Part shown: positions 17,157 to 25,501 of the stretch, one piece after another
Position numbering within the stretch: the stretch's first letter is position 1
Layout: each line of letters opens with the position of its first letter
Source: Verrucomicrobiota bacterium
Lineage (GTDB): Bacteria; Verrucomicrobiota; Verrucomicrobiia; Limisphaerales; CANJSG01
Assembly: GCA_038209745.1 (NCBI GenBank)
Contig: JBBQXJ010000070.1
Location: 1 to 25,501, forward strand
Direction of reading: 5' to 3'
Length of the DNA stretch: 25,501 nt
Translations under genes and position numbers: made by a program
Notes under the pieces: model-generated
Databases searched by the model: none
What the model was told of the DNA's origin: nothing
Seen by the model: the letters and a program-made list of their open reading frames with translations, nothing else

Positions 17157-18626
17157 ATGAACCCGATTCACACCATGCTTTCATCCAACGAAAATTTCGC
17201 CGTTTCCACTGATCGGAAGAACCCACCCATGGCCCCTCCGAGGAGGGGAATTTGCGCAGCGCCGAAGAACGTTCTTTCCGGTTTGGTGAATCCCCTCCCC
17301 GAAGCGGTCCGGGGTGGGTGGGCCACCGCGTTGCTGTTGCTCGTGCTGTTCATGGCCGGCCCGGCCCAAGCCCGCGTGAACGTCGTGTCGCTCCCGGGGC
17401 GCGATTCCGTCCAGCTCACGATCTACAATTCCGTGGATCTCACGCTGGTGAAGGAGACGCGCCATCTGACCTTCCGCAAGGGGATGAACCGGCTTGAGTT
17501 CAGCTGGGCCAACACGTTGATCGACCCGACCTCGGTCGAGTTCCGGGCCTTGACCCATGCCGACCAGGTGGACGTGTTGGACGTCAGTTTTCCGCCCCGC
17601 GTCAACAACACGCTGGAGTGGCGCATCCAGTCCGAGGTCGCGGGCGACGTGGTCGTCGAGATCCGGTATTTCACCAGCGGCATCCGTTGGGACGCGGACT
17701 ACGTGGTGGAAGCGGCCCAGGACGAGAAGACCGCCGGGTTGACCGGCGGCGTGCGCGTGACCAACAACTCCGGCGAAGACTACGAGAACGCGCAGGTCCG
17801 GCTCGTCGTCGGCACGATCAAGCTGGTGGAGGAGATCGCGCAATTGGCGCAACAGGGCCGGCCGGGCGGGCCCACGGCACGGCCGGTTGCACCTTCCGCG
17901 ATGGCGACTCCATTGGCCGCGACGATGCGCCGGAGTCTGATGGATCGCCTCGACAAGGCCGAGGCACGGGTGAAGGAAGTCGTGAAGGAAGCGCTCTCCG
18001 AATACTTCCTCTACACGGTCGAGGGGCGGGACACGATCCCCAGCGGTTGGAGCAAACGGCTGCCGTCGTTCCATGTCGCCGCCGTGCCGTTGATCAGCCT
18101 CTTCAAGTTCGAGAAGGAACGATTCGGAGAGCAGGTGATCCGCCACTACACGCTCAAGAACGACAAGGCCAGCAAGCTGGGCGACGCACCGTTGCCCGAC
18201 GGCGCGGTGAAGGCGTTCCGCCTCCGCAACTCGGAAGGGCTCCATGAATTCGTCGGAGCCACCCGGACCAAATACATCCCGATCGGCGAGGAGACGGAAC
18301 TGGAGCTGGGCAACGATCCCGAGGTGCAGGTCAAGCCGGTGATGATGAACTGGGAAAAGACCGACCTGCGCTTCGACGACAAGGGCAAGGTCATCGGCTG
18401 GACCATCAAGGAGACCTGGGAGATCGACCTCCAGAATTCGCGCCTCATCGACGTGCTGGTGGACGTCCGGCGGAACTTCAGCGGCGACTGGACCATGACC
18501 ACCGACGCTGCCCGCGAGAACTTGGACGCGAACAAGGTGAAGTTCCTCGTCCCGCTCAAGGCGCGCGAGCAGCGCAAATTAAGCTACACCGTGGCGACCC
18601 GATATGGCGCCAACGCGACGCGGTAG
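17157..18626 (+). CDS. Secreted DUF4139/DUF4140-like protein (paralogue 2)
   Basis: Purine-rich GGAAGG upstream of ATG 17157, which lies 19 nt after the preceding stop. Signal h-region ALLLLVLFMAGPAQA. VQLTIYNSVDLTLVKETR, IDPTSV, NNSGEDYENAQVRLVVG, PLPDGAVK, FVG..IPIGE..LELG. Confidence 0.75.
   Translation: MNPIHTMLSSNENFAVSTDRKNPPMAPPRRGICAAPKNVLSGLVNPLPEAVRGGWATALLLLVLFMAGPAQARVNVVSLPGRDSVQLTIYNSVDLTLVKETRHLTFRKGMNRLEFSWANTLIDPTSVEFRALTHADQVDVLDVSFPPRVNNTLEWRIQSEVAGDVVVEIRYFTSGIRWDADYVVEAAQDEKTAGLTGGVRVTNNSGEDYENAQVRLVVGTIKLVEEIAQLAQQGRPGGPTARPVAPSAMATPLAATMRRSLMDRLDKAEARVKEVVKEALSEYFLYTVEGRDTIPSGWSKRLPSFHVAAVPLISLFKFEKERFGEQVIRHYTLKNDKASKLGDAPLPDGAVKAFRLRNSEGLHEFVGATRTKYIPIGEETELELGNDPEVQVKPVMMNWEKTDLRFDDKGKVIGWTIKETWEIDLQNSRLIDVLVDVRRNFSGDWTMTTDAARENLDANKVKFLVPLKAREQRKLSYTVATRYGANATR
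17221..17319. repeat. 99-bp imperfect palindromic REP/MITE-like element inside the CDS
   Basis: Left arm ACCCACCCATGGCCCCTCCGAGGAGGGGA (17221-17249) matches the reverse complement of 17291-17319 (ACCCACCCCGGACCGCTTCGGGGAGGGGA) at 23 of 29 positions. Confidence 0.7.
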
Positions 18627-18662
18627 GCGCCCAGGAAAAGGTCCCGGGTCGGGAGAACGGGT

Positions 18663-21600
18663 CTACTGGTTCACCCGCACCCGGAACACCTCGCTGCCGG
18701 AGCCTTTGACGGTCCGGACTTCGTTGGTGCCGGGAGCGGGCGCGGCGGGGAGCTTGATCAAGCTGTTCCAGGCGCCCGTGGTGATGGATCCGCGCTGCTG
18801 CACCTCGTAGGCGACGCCGCCGGCGGCCGGCCAACGGAGCACGACGTCCGATCCCATGATCGACAATTGCACGCGGAGCACGCTGGCCGCATCCGCCGGA
18901 CTGGTGCCCGCGATGAATTCCTGGGCGTTGCTCGCTCCGTCGAGGTCCTTGTCCAGCGCAGCATCGGTCGGATCCTTCGGGTCGAGGCCGTAGAGTGTTT
19001 CCCAGGCGTCGGGCAGTCCGTCGTGATCGGAATCCGGACTGGTTGCGGAGAAGACTCCGGGTGATGGAGCCGCCGCGATCCAGGCGGTCGGATCGGTGCC
19101 GGGCAACGATGGTGCGGCGAGTTGCAGCGAGAGCCCGGAGCCATCGGCGTTGGTCGGCCAAGGTGCCTGGTCGAAGAACACGGTTTCATCGACCATGACC
19201 CAGCCGACCGGGTCGCCGGGCAGGTCTGGAGATTGGGGTTTCTCCAGTGTGATCTGGCCGGAGCGGTTCGACAGTTTTCCGGACCACGGACCGAGGATCG
19301 GCAAGGAAAGATTGGTGATGCCGAATGCGGAGCGGAAGGCGGTTAGCTGCGCGGAGTCGGTCGGAGCGAAACCGACCACGAGGACCTGGCCGTTCGCGGG
19401 CAGGTTGAATCCCGCCGGGAAGTCGAACTTCACGTCGCCGTCGATCCGCCAGACGCCGGCCTCGTTCGAGAAGTTCGTTCCGTAGGCGGCGGCTCCGGTG
19501 ATCTCGATGAATTCGTCGCGGGTGTTGTCGTTGGTCGAACCGGGAGCCGGTGCGGGATGGAAGTGGACTTCTGTCAGTCGTGGCGCGTCGGGCCGGTTTG
19601 CATTGGCGGCGTCGCGGGTGCGCGGCGTGAGCGGGGCCCAGACTTCCGGGGAGTTGTGGGGCCGTCCCCAGGACCCGCCGTTCTCCTGCGCGGGGAACCG
19701 GACGGCGTCCACGACATGGTCCGACCCGTCGCCGGGCAAATGGGAGAGGAAGACCTGTTCGCCCGCCTTGTTCAGACCGAAGCCGGTGTTCGTCGGGTTG
19801 TGGAAGCCCGTCACTTCGTCGAACGAGATGTAACTGTTGGCCCGGACCCAGGTTTCGGGCGGGATCATCCACTTCTTCAAATTGTTGGCGTCGTCGCTCA
19901 GATACCAACCCGAGCGGAGGATCACTCCGGTCGGGAACGGGGTGTGCAGCTCGATCCAGTCGTTGGAGTCCTGCTCCTGCGTGTAGTCCGTGTGCGCTAC
20001 GATCTCGTTGAGCACGATGAAGTCGGTCGGTTCCGGATCCGCGGCGCCGGGCGAGCCGTTGATGCGGGCGCTGGCGCGCCAGTTGAAGGGGTAGTCGAGC
20101 GAGCCGTTGGGTTCGTTGGTCATCGCCCGGGATACCGGGACCAGCGAATGCCCGGTGCCATCCGCCGCGATGGGCCACAGGCGGCTGTCTCCATAGGTGA
20201 ACGAGACGAGTTCCGGGCCGGCTGCGGCCGACTTCAGGGTCACGGTTTCTCCGCTGTCGCTCAGGCTGCCGCTGTAGGGGCCGAAGACCGGCACTTCGGG
20301 ACCGATTCCGTAGTGGGAACGAAAGGCGGCGAAGCCCCCGGCTGGATCCGCCTGGACCACGAGCGCGTAGGCTCCGGGCGCGAGCGTTGCGTCGGGAGGG
20401 AAGGTAAACGAGATCCCGGCGGTGAAGCTGGCTCCCCCGAGATCCAGCGTGGTGTCGGCGGCGGCATTGTGCAGCTCGACGAACTCATAGGCCGAGCCGG
20501 CGGGCGGATTATACATCAGTTCGGTGATCCGCAGGCTGTCGGCGAGAGCGGCGGCGTTGTCGGGTGCCCCGGCGATGAACTGGACGGGGGCGGACCAATG
20601 GCTGGCCCGGCCGGTGGAATCCGTGAAGCGCACGCGGGCCCGGTAGGTGTGGCCGACCTGCAACACCCCGGCGGGGATCGCGCCGTCCGCGACGTAGGTC
20701 GCGAGTTCGCCGCTTTCCCAAACGGGTTCGATCTCATACTTCCAGGGCTCCGCCGCGAGGTAGGAGGGCGCGTTGGTGGAGGAGACCTCGCCGACGCGCC
20801 ATTTCATCGTGGCGAAGGGGTTGGCTCCGAGAAAAGCCGAGGCGCGGAAGGTGAGCCGGTTCACGGGAAATCCGTTCGATCCGGTGTGGGCGATGACGGG
20901 TTGCTGGGGGATCGCGGCGTCGGCCGCGATCGAGTCCAGACTCCGCGGATTCGCGGCGGAATTGGTGGCACGGAAGAGCAGGTAGGTCTTCATGCGGTCC
21001 ACCGCGCCGTTGAAGCTTCCGCCGACCTTGTAGTAACGGCCGGTGCCGGCCTTGCCCACGGAGGACGAGTAGGTGGAGCTGCTCATCTTGGGGTTGTAGT
21101 CCCACTGCGAACGGTCGGCGTCGAGCAGGGTCGGGCCGTCGGCCGGGCCGCGCAGGAGCGAGGCCTGTTCATCGATCAACCGCCAGCCCTCGTCCCCGTT
21201 CATCAGAAGGTCGCGCATCTCGCGGATCCGGTTCTGCCATTCGCGCCAGACGGCGGGTTGGGTGGCCGGACCGGCGAGCAACCGCTGTTTGATGGCGTCC
21301 ACCCCGCCGCAATTGGCGTCATACATGTTCTCGGCCCAGGTGAGGTCGAGATCCCAGGGGACCACCTGCCAGATCCCGTTGGTCGGATTGCGGTAGTAGA
21401 AATAGTTTTTCCCGTAGCAGACGTCGTAGTGGTGGATGCCCTGGACGACGGTCTGATAGCTGAGGTAGGCGGGGAGGTTGAGGTTCGTCCGCCACCAGGC
21501 CTCGGTGGCGCCGGTGTAGTGCCCGAGGAAGGCGTTGAGGTCGGATTTGTCGGACGGTCCGCCGGGTCCGAGGTTGTTCGGGTCTCCCGTGCCGTTCTCC

Positions 21601-23687
21601 ATCTTGTAGAAGTTGCCGTCGGGCAGCCCATGCTCGTCCAGCAACTGGCCGTCCTCCTGTTCGAGCGCGAGGTAGAGGCCCCAGAAGTCGCCGGAATACT
21701 GGTCGGGCGGGGCCTGGTCGGGTTCGTCCACGATCCGGAACTGGATGTAGGCGGTGTTGGGAGCGGGCACGCCGGCGAGGTTGAACATCCGGAGGCCGAC
21801 CGATTCGAACATGCCCTGTTCGCCGCGGTGTTGAAAGTCGCCCTGCTGGATACAGGCGCCGAGGTTCAGCTTCTTCCACGGAGCGCCGTATTTGCGACCC
21901 CAGCTGTCTCGTGGCTGGAATTCGTGGCCCCGGTTCAGGTCGAACTTCCACATGTTCTTCACCATCGCATAGCGCCAGACGCCGCCGCGGGCTCGGTAAT
22001 GGACGTGGTCATAGACCCTCCCGTCGTAGACCAATGTGCCGGCCGAAAGATAGGCATCTCCCCCATAGCGGCTGAACCACGTGGAAGCCTCCACCACGTA
22101 CTTCTTGGAGATCAATTGATACACGGGCAGCCGGTTCATCTCGTTGGAGGACACCGTGAACTCCGTGCCGAGCGGGCCGGCGGAGGCGGGATTCACCGCG
22201 CCGCTCCAAGCCGGGACGCCGTCGTAGACGTAGTAGGCGAAGTTCGGCTGCGGATCGTCGGTGTAGGGCACGCGGATTTTCTGACCGGTGGTATCCGCCA
22301 CGGTGATGCGGTAGCGGATCAACCGGCGATGCTCCTGCACTGCGGCCGGAATCGTGGCCGTGAAGACGTCGTCTCCGGCCACCGCGTCGCCGTCTTTGCC
22401 GGTGTCGTCCATGGCGACGGTCGTCCAGTTCGTGAAGTAGGCAGGGTCGGTCAGTTCGATGTAGTTGCCGGGCTCGACCACCTGGTATTCCAGCGACACG
22501 GAGGCGACGCCGTCGGGATCCGTCACCTTGGCCGAGACGTGGACGGCTTCACCGCTGCGCGGCTGGTTCGGGTTGTGGGAGACCTGACGCGTCTGGGGCG
22601 GGGCCGAGTGGGAGAAGACCGCGTTCTTCCGGCCGGGAGTCGGGCCGTCGGCACGGGCGGCCGAAGACGCGTGGAGGCGCAGATCGAGGAAGCAATCCGA
22701 ACTGCCGGACAGGAGGGTGTTGAGCAATTGGATGGCGATGACGTTCGTCCCGGCGACCAAGTAGCCCGAGGGATCGGGCAGGGAATTGGTTTCCCAGGCG
22801 TTGCTCTCGCGGGTGGTCGCGGAGGTGCCGTTGTAGGGCAGGTCGCCGGGCGAAGCGTTCGCATTTAGCACGTTCACGCCGTTGATCCAGACCTTGAAAC
22901 CGTCGTCGTAACGGGCGTCGAGGACGAGGCCGGCGGCGTTGTCGAGGTTCGTGACCACGAACGTCGTCCGCAGATAGACGGTCGAATAGTTGCCGGCCAT
23001 GTCGTCCAGCGGCGTGTTGATCGCGAGCACTGGATCATAGCCGATCGGCATCGTGCCGCTGGGCCAGGCCGCGGCGTCGAACGTCCCCAGCCTCCACGCG
23101 TCGGAAGGCGACGACGGTTCGTCGATGCCCTTGATGTAGCTCCAGCTGACGCCCGCCGGGATCGGATCCGTCGCGGTCACCGGCAGCGTCTGTCCTTGGG
23201 ACGCCCGCCAACTGCCACCGAGTCCGTTGTCCAGGGTGGGATGGATCAGCTCGATGGAATAGCCCGGGGCGTCGCCGACAGTCGGCCAGGGAAAGCCCGC
23301 CGCGTAGTCCACTTCGTCGACCTTGTCGCCCGCCGCGTTTCGCAGGACGACGTCGTCGCCCTCGTTGGCGAGCCGACCCGCCCAGGGACCGAGGGCGACC
23401 GCGCCGAACTTGGCTTGGAGTGCGGCCGGATCCTCCGCCACCACGACAAAGCCCCCGGCGGGAATCGACGCGCCGGCCGGAAACGTGAACTCCACCGCCG
23501 TGGTCAACCGCCAGCCCGCGAGATTCACCGTGCCGGGGCCGGTGTTGTGCAGCTCGATGAATTCGACGGGCTCCGTCTTCACGTCCGGGTTGGAGTGGAT
23601 CTCGTTGATCACGATTTCGGCGAGGGAAGAGCGGGGGGCGAAGGCACAGAGCGCCGTGCACAAAATAAGGCGACGGAGTAACATCAT
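18663..23687 (-). CDS. Large secreted lamin-tail-domain / CotH kinase family protein (1674 aa)
   Basis: Signal peptide from ATG 23687 (or 23684). Four LTD-like starts: IVINEIHSNP..EFIELHN, LRITELMYNP..EFVELHN, IVLNEIVAH..DWIELH, RLTEVHFHP..EFIEI. Jelly-roll module (YLRTTF..YDDGFKVWING), CotH core (RARGG, WKFDLN, GLYLALEQ, HHYD..KNYFYY..PWDLDLTW), DSDHDGLPDAWE Ca-binding motif, and a C-terminal ...EVFRVRVNQ. Confidence 0.85.
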   Translation of the reverse strand: MMLLRRLILCTALCAFAPRSSLAEIVINEIHSNPDVKTEPVEFIELHNTGPGTVNLAGWRLTTAVEFTFPAGASIPAGGFVVVAEDPAALQAKFGAVALGPWAGRLANEGDDVVLRNAAGDKVDEVDYAAGFPWPTVGDAPGYSIELIHPTLDNGLGGSWRASQGQTLPVTATDPIPAGVSWSYIKGIDEPSSPSDAWRLGTFDAAAWPSGTMPIGYDPVLAINTPLDDMAGNYSTVYLRTTFVVTNLDNAAGLVLDARYDDGFKVWINGVNVLNANASPGDLPYNGTSATTRESNAWETNSLPDPSGYLVAGTNVIAIQLLNTLLSGSSDCFLDLRLHASSAARADGPTPGRKNAVFSHSAPPQTRQVSHNPNQPRSGEAVHVSAKVTDPDGVASVSLEYQVVEPGNYIELTDPAYFTNWTTVAMDDTGKDGDAVAGDDVFTATIPAAVQEHRRLIRYRITVADTTGQKIRVPYTDDPQPNFAYYVYDGVPAWSGAVNPASAGPLGTEFTVSSNEMNRLPVYQLISKKYVVEASTWFSRYGGDAYLSAGTLVYDGRVYDHVHYRARGGVWRYAMVKNMWKFDLNRGHEFQPRDSWGRKYGAPWKKLNLGACIQQGDFQHRGEQGMFESVGLRMFNLAGVPAPNTAYIQFRIVDEPDQAPPDQYSGDFWGLYLALEQEDGQLLDEHGLPDGNFYKMENGTGDPNNLGPGGPSDKSDLNAFLGHYTGATEAWWRTNLNLPAYLSYQTVVQGIHHYDVCYGKNYFYYRNPTNGIWQVVPWDLDLTWAENMYDANCGGVDAIKQRLLAGPATQPAVWREWQNRIREMRDLLMNGDEGWRLIDEQASLLRGPADGPTLLDADRSQWDYNPKMSSSTYSSSVGKAGTGRYYKVGGSFNGAVDRMKTYLLFRATNSAANPRSLDSIAADAAIPQQPVIAHTGSNGFPVNRLTFRASAFLGANPFATMKWRVGEVSSTNAPSYLAAEPWKYEIEPVWESGELATYVADGAIPAGVLQVGHTYRARVRFTDSTGRASHWSAPVQFIAGAPDNAAALADSLRITELMYNPPAGSAYEFVELHNAAADTTLDLGGASFTAGISFTFPPDATLAPGAYALVVQADPAGGFAAFRSHYGIGPEVPVFGPYSGSLSDSGETVTLKSAAAGPELVSFTYGDSRLWPIAADGTGHSLVPVSRAMTNEPNGSLDYPFNWRASARINGSPGAADPEPTDFIVLNEIVAHTDYTQEQDSNDWIELHTPFPTGVILRSGWYLSDDANNLKKWMIPPETWVRANSYISFDEVTGFHNPTNTGFGLNKAGEQVFLSHLPGDGSDHVVDAVRFPAQENGGSWGRPHNSPEVWAPLTPRTRDAANANRPDAPRLTEVHFHPAPAPGSTNDNTRDEFIEITGAAAYGTNFSNEAGVWRIDGDVKFDFPAGFNLPANGQVLVVGFAPTDSAQLTAFRSAFGITNLSLPILGPWSGKLSNRSGQITLEKPQSPDLPGDPVGWVMVDETVFFDQAPWPTNADGSGLSLQLAAPSLPGTDPTAWIAAAPSPGVFSATSPDSDHDGLPDAWETLYGLDPKDPTDAALDKDLDGASNAQEFIAGTSPADAASVLRVQLSIMGSDVVLRWPAAGGVAYEVQQRGSITTGAWNSLIKLPAAPAPGTNEVRTVKGSGSEVFRVRVNQ

Positions 23688-23928
23688 GATTCGTGGGAAA
23701 GCTTCGGGGAACATATCGGCCGCAGCGAACGAGTGACAAGGGGACGATTGGCGCGGGCGCGAGAATCGCCTTCCCCAAGCGAAGGGTTGCTGGCAGCCAC
23801 TGGGCCGCAAGCCAGTGAGCCACCTTTCGACCCATCTCTTCCTCTCGTGGTCACGTTCTTTCGATTTCGTGGGGACTTCCAGACAGACTCTGACATCGGA
23901 CACGGCATGTCGGAGCCGGCCCCGGGTC

Positions 23929-24035
23929 GCGAGGCGTCTTGGACTGCGCCGGTGCTCCGGCGCTTTTACACGCGCTCCGTCCCCGGCACATCCTCCCCAA
24001 AGCGGCGCGGCAGTACCTCGCTCCAAAAGCTTCGC
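23929..24035. repeat. Intergenic REP-like inverted doublet (REPIN-like)
   Basis: Left arm GCGAGGCGTCTTGGACTGCGCCGGTGCTCCGGCGCTTT contains the internal hairpin GCGCCGG-TGCT-CCGGCGC. The reverse complement of the right arm is GCGAAGCTTTTGGAGCGAGGTACTGCCGCGCCGCTTT. Both start GCGA.GC..TTGGA and end CGCTTT. Confidence 0.65.
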
Positions 24036-24063
24036 CATGGTTTGGCCCTCTCTCCACCCGCCC

Positions 24064-24621
24064 ATGACCGACACCCTCGCTCCATCCCAAGGCCTTCCCT
24101 CCCGATTCACGGAGAACGACCGCCACCGTATTGGCGAGGCACTGCGGCGGCAGGGCTCCATCCTCGGTTACGAACCCGCTTCCACCGATCTCTACCACTG
24201 GAGCCACCAGAACCGCGACTGGCTCGATCTTGGCAGGCTCCACGGCGCGTTCCGGCTGTCCCAGACCGATCTCGACCGCGCCGAATCGGTCGAGACCACA
24301 GCCCATCGCTGCCTCACGGTGGAAAACGAAGCCAGCTTCCACGAACTGGTCAAGCTGCGATCCGGAGCGCTGCTCCTCCAGACCCGCTTTCCAGGATCCG
24401 CCACGCTGGCTTTGCTCAAGCAGCTGCCCGAGGCCCTGGAATTCCACCACTTCGGCGACAGCGACGAAGCGGGCTCCGAGATCCTGCGCGATCTCCGGGA
24501 ACGATCTGGAAGAAATTTCCAGCCGCTGCACATGGAGCGGGGACGGTTGGCTGCGGAACAGGAGGCGCTGGGCGCGCCGCGCGACGAATGGCCTTTCTAT
24601 CCGGCCACAGGATCTTGGTGA
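24064..24621 (+). pseudogene. Short Toprim-domain ORF resembling the DUF2220/Wadjet JetD C-terminus; probable deletion remnant
   Basis: CLTVENEASFHEL...FHHFGDSDEAGSEILRDLRE gives the Toprim E and DxD motifs of the DUF2220/DUF2399 type. Only 185 aa, with no N-terminal CAP/DUF3322 domain and no neighbouring jetABC genes. Confidence 0.65.
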
Positions 24622-24692
24622 TGGGGCCCGGAGTTCCGCCGACATTCGGCTGAATCCAGGACCGGTGAACAAGGTCTCCTTTGAACAATCGG

Positions 24693-25501
24693 ATGAAAAC
24701 TTCGGACATTATTTTCAGCAGCTTCCAGATCGCGGGCTTCAAGCGGTCCATGTCCTTGGTTTCACGAAAGTGGTTCGGGGCGATCCTTGTCTTTGGAATG
24801 GCGGCACACGCTCTGCAGGCCGCCGAGACGGTTGCTTCGGCCGAACCGTTCGGGACTTGGCGGGCCACGGTGAAGAATCCCTCGGGGCATGGCGTCGCCT
24901 TTGCTTTGAAAATTTCTACTGCGGCGGCCGTGTCGGTTGGAGCGCCTCCCGGTGCAGTCTCGTTGTCGGGTGAATTGGTCAATGACGCCGATCGGTTGGT
25001 GTCATCGGGCGGTTGGCTGGACGGGCAGACGCTCACGCTGCGCTACGATTTCTACGACGCAGTGCTGACGGCCAAGATCGATGGCGACCAATTGCAGGGT
25101 TCGTTCGCTCGCCAGTGGGAGAAGCAGACCTTGACCCGCGAGCTCCATGCCACGCGGAACGTTCCGGAGAAATCGACGGGCGCGGGCGTCGTCGATTTGA
25201 CCGGTGACTGGGTGCTCAAGGTCGGAGAAGGGGCGAAGCAGCGGCTTTGGCGGGCGGCTTTCCGGACGACCCATGGCTTGGCCTCCGGCACGATCATTCC
25301 GGTGAGCGGGGATTGGGGCAGCATGAACGGCGGCTGGACGAAGGAGGGCGCGCTGACGTTGAACCGGTTCGACGGCATCAATTCGCGTCTTCTCGAACTG
25401 TCGCTGCAACCGGACGGCACGCTCTCGGGCTTTGTGGATCTGGGATTGTTTGATCCGACGCGCAAAGTGGTCGCCCAGCGGATGACGGAGGCCAATCGGG
25501 C
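24693..25501 (+). CDS. Secreted protein, 3'-partial; resembles the N-terminal beta domains of long TlpA-type thiol-disulfide oxidoreductases
   Basis: Frame open from ATG 24693 (or 24750) to the window end, and absent from the ORF track. Signal peptide ...RKWFGAILVFGMAAHALQA, then GTWRATV, LTLRYDFYDAVLTAKI, DLTGDW, GTIIPVSGDWG, LTLNRFDG, PDGTLSG. The CxxC domain is not visible in this window. Confidence 0.6.
   Translation, partial: MKTSDIIFSSFQIAGFKRSMSLVSRKWFGAILVFGMAAHALQAAETVASAEPFGTWRATVKNPSGHGVAFALKISTAAAVSVGAPPGAVSLSGELVNDADRLVSSGGWLDGQTLTLRYDFYDAVLTAKIDGDQLQGSFARQWEKQTLTRELHATRNVPEKSTGAGVVDLTGDWVLKVGEGAKQRLWRAAFRTTHGLASGTIIPVSGDWGSMNGGWTKEGALTLNRFDGINSRLLELSLQPDGTLSGFVDLGLFDPTRKVVAQRMTEANR

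Noticed and set aside
23770..23835. GCCACTGG...CCAGTG hairpin resembling part of a cobalamin riboswitch
   Set aside because: The B12-box and the other conserved elements are absent, and there is no B12-related downstream gene.
23688..24161. 158-aa N-terminal extension of the CotH ORF in the track (similarly the extensions of uxaE to 16281 and DUF4139 to 15317)
   Set aside because: The extensions run through repeats, intergenic DNA or opposite-strand genes. Signal peptides or family N-termini begin at the downstream ATGs.
1..25501. CRISPR arrays, tRNA or rRNA genes, intact transposases or integrases
   Set aside because: No regularly spaced direct repeats, RNA-gene signatures or recombinase motifs were seen.

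Overview
High-GC bacterial window. The gene content (PVC-type CxxCH haem protein, Tat-exported Gfo/Idh/MocA oxidoreductase, lamin-tail/CotH giant protein, C-terminal 'F(Y)RVR' domains) suggests a Verrucomicrobiota genome; this is inference. From left to right: a lower-GC, frameshifted secreted repeat-protein gene that abuts a truncated ECF sigma-factor remnant missed by the ORF track; rhomboid protease glpG; a FadL/OmpP1 porin; a DUF1826-like protein; a two-gene operon; a Tat-lipoprotein oxidoreductase with terminator; an SGNH hydrolase; a PVC-type haem dehydrogenase-like protein; uxaE; two tandem DUF4139-like secreted proteins, the second carrying an in-frame 99-bp palindromic element; a 1674-aa LTD/CotH kinase; a REP-like doublet; a Toprim-containing remnant that looks like a collapsed Wadjet operon; and a partial secreted TlpA-like gene. 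The two-gene operon (5117-8397) is the best candidate for an undescribed system. It encodes a divergent PurD-like ATP-grasp ligase fused to a divergent alanine-racemase-family enzyme, translationally coupled to an ATE1/Bpt-like aminoacyl-tRNA transferase. All family calls come from motif recognition by eye; no searches were run.
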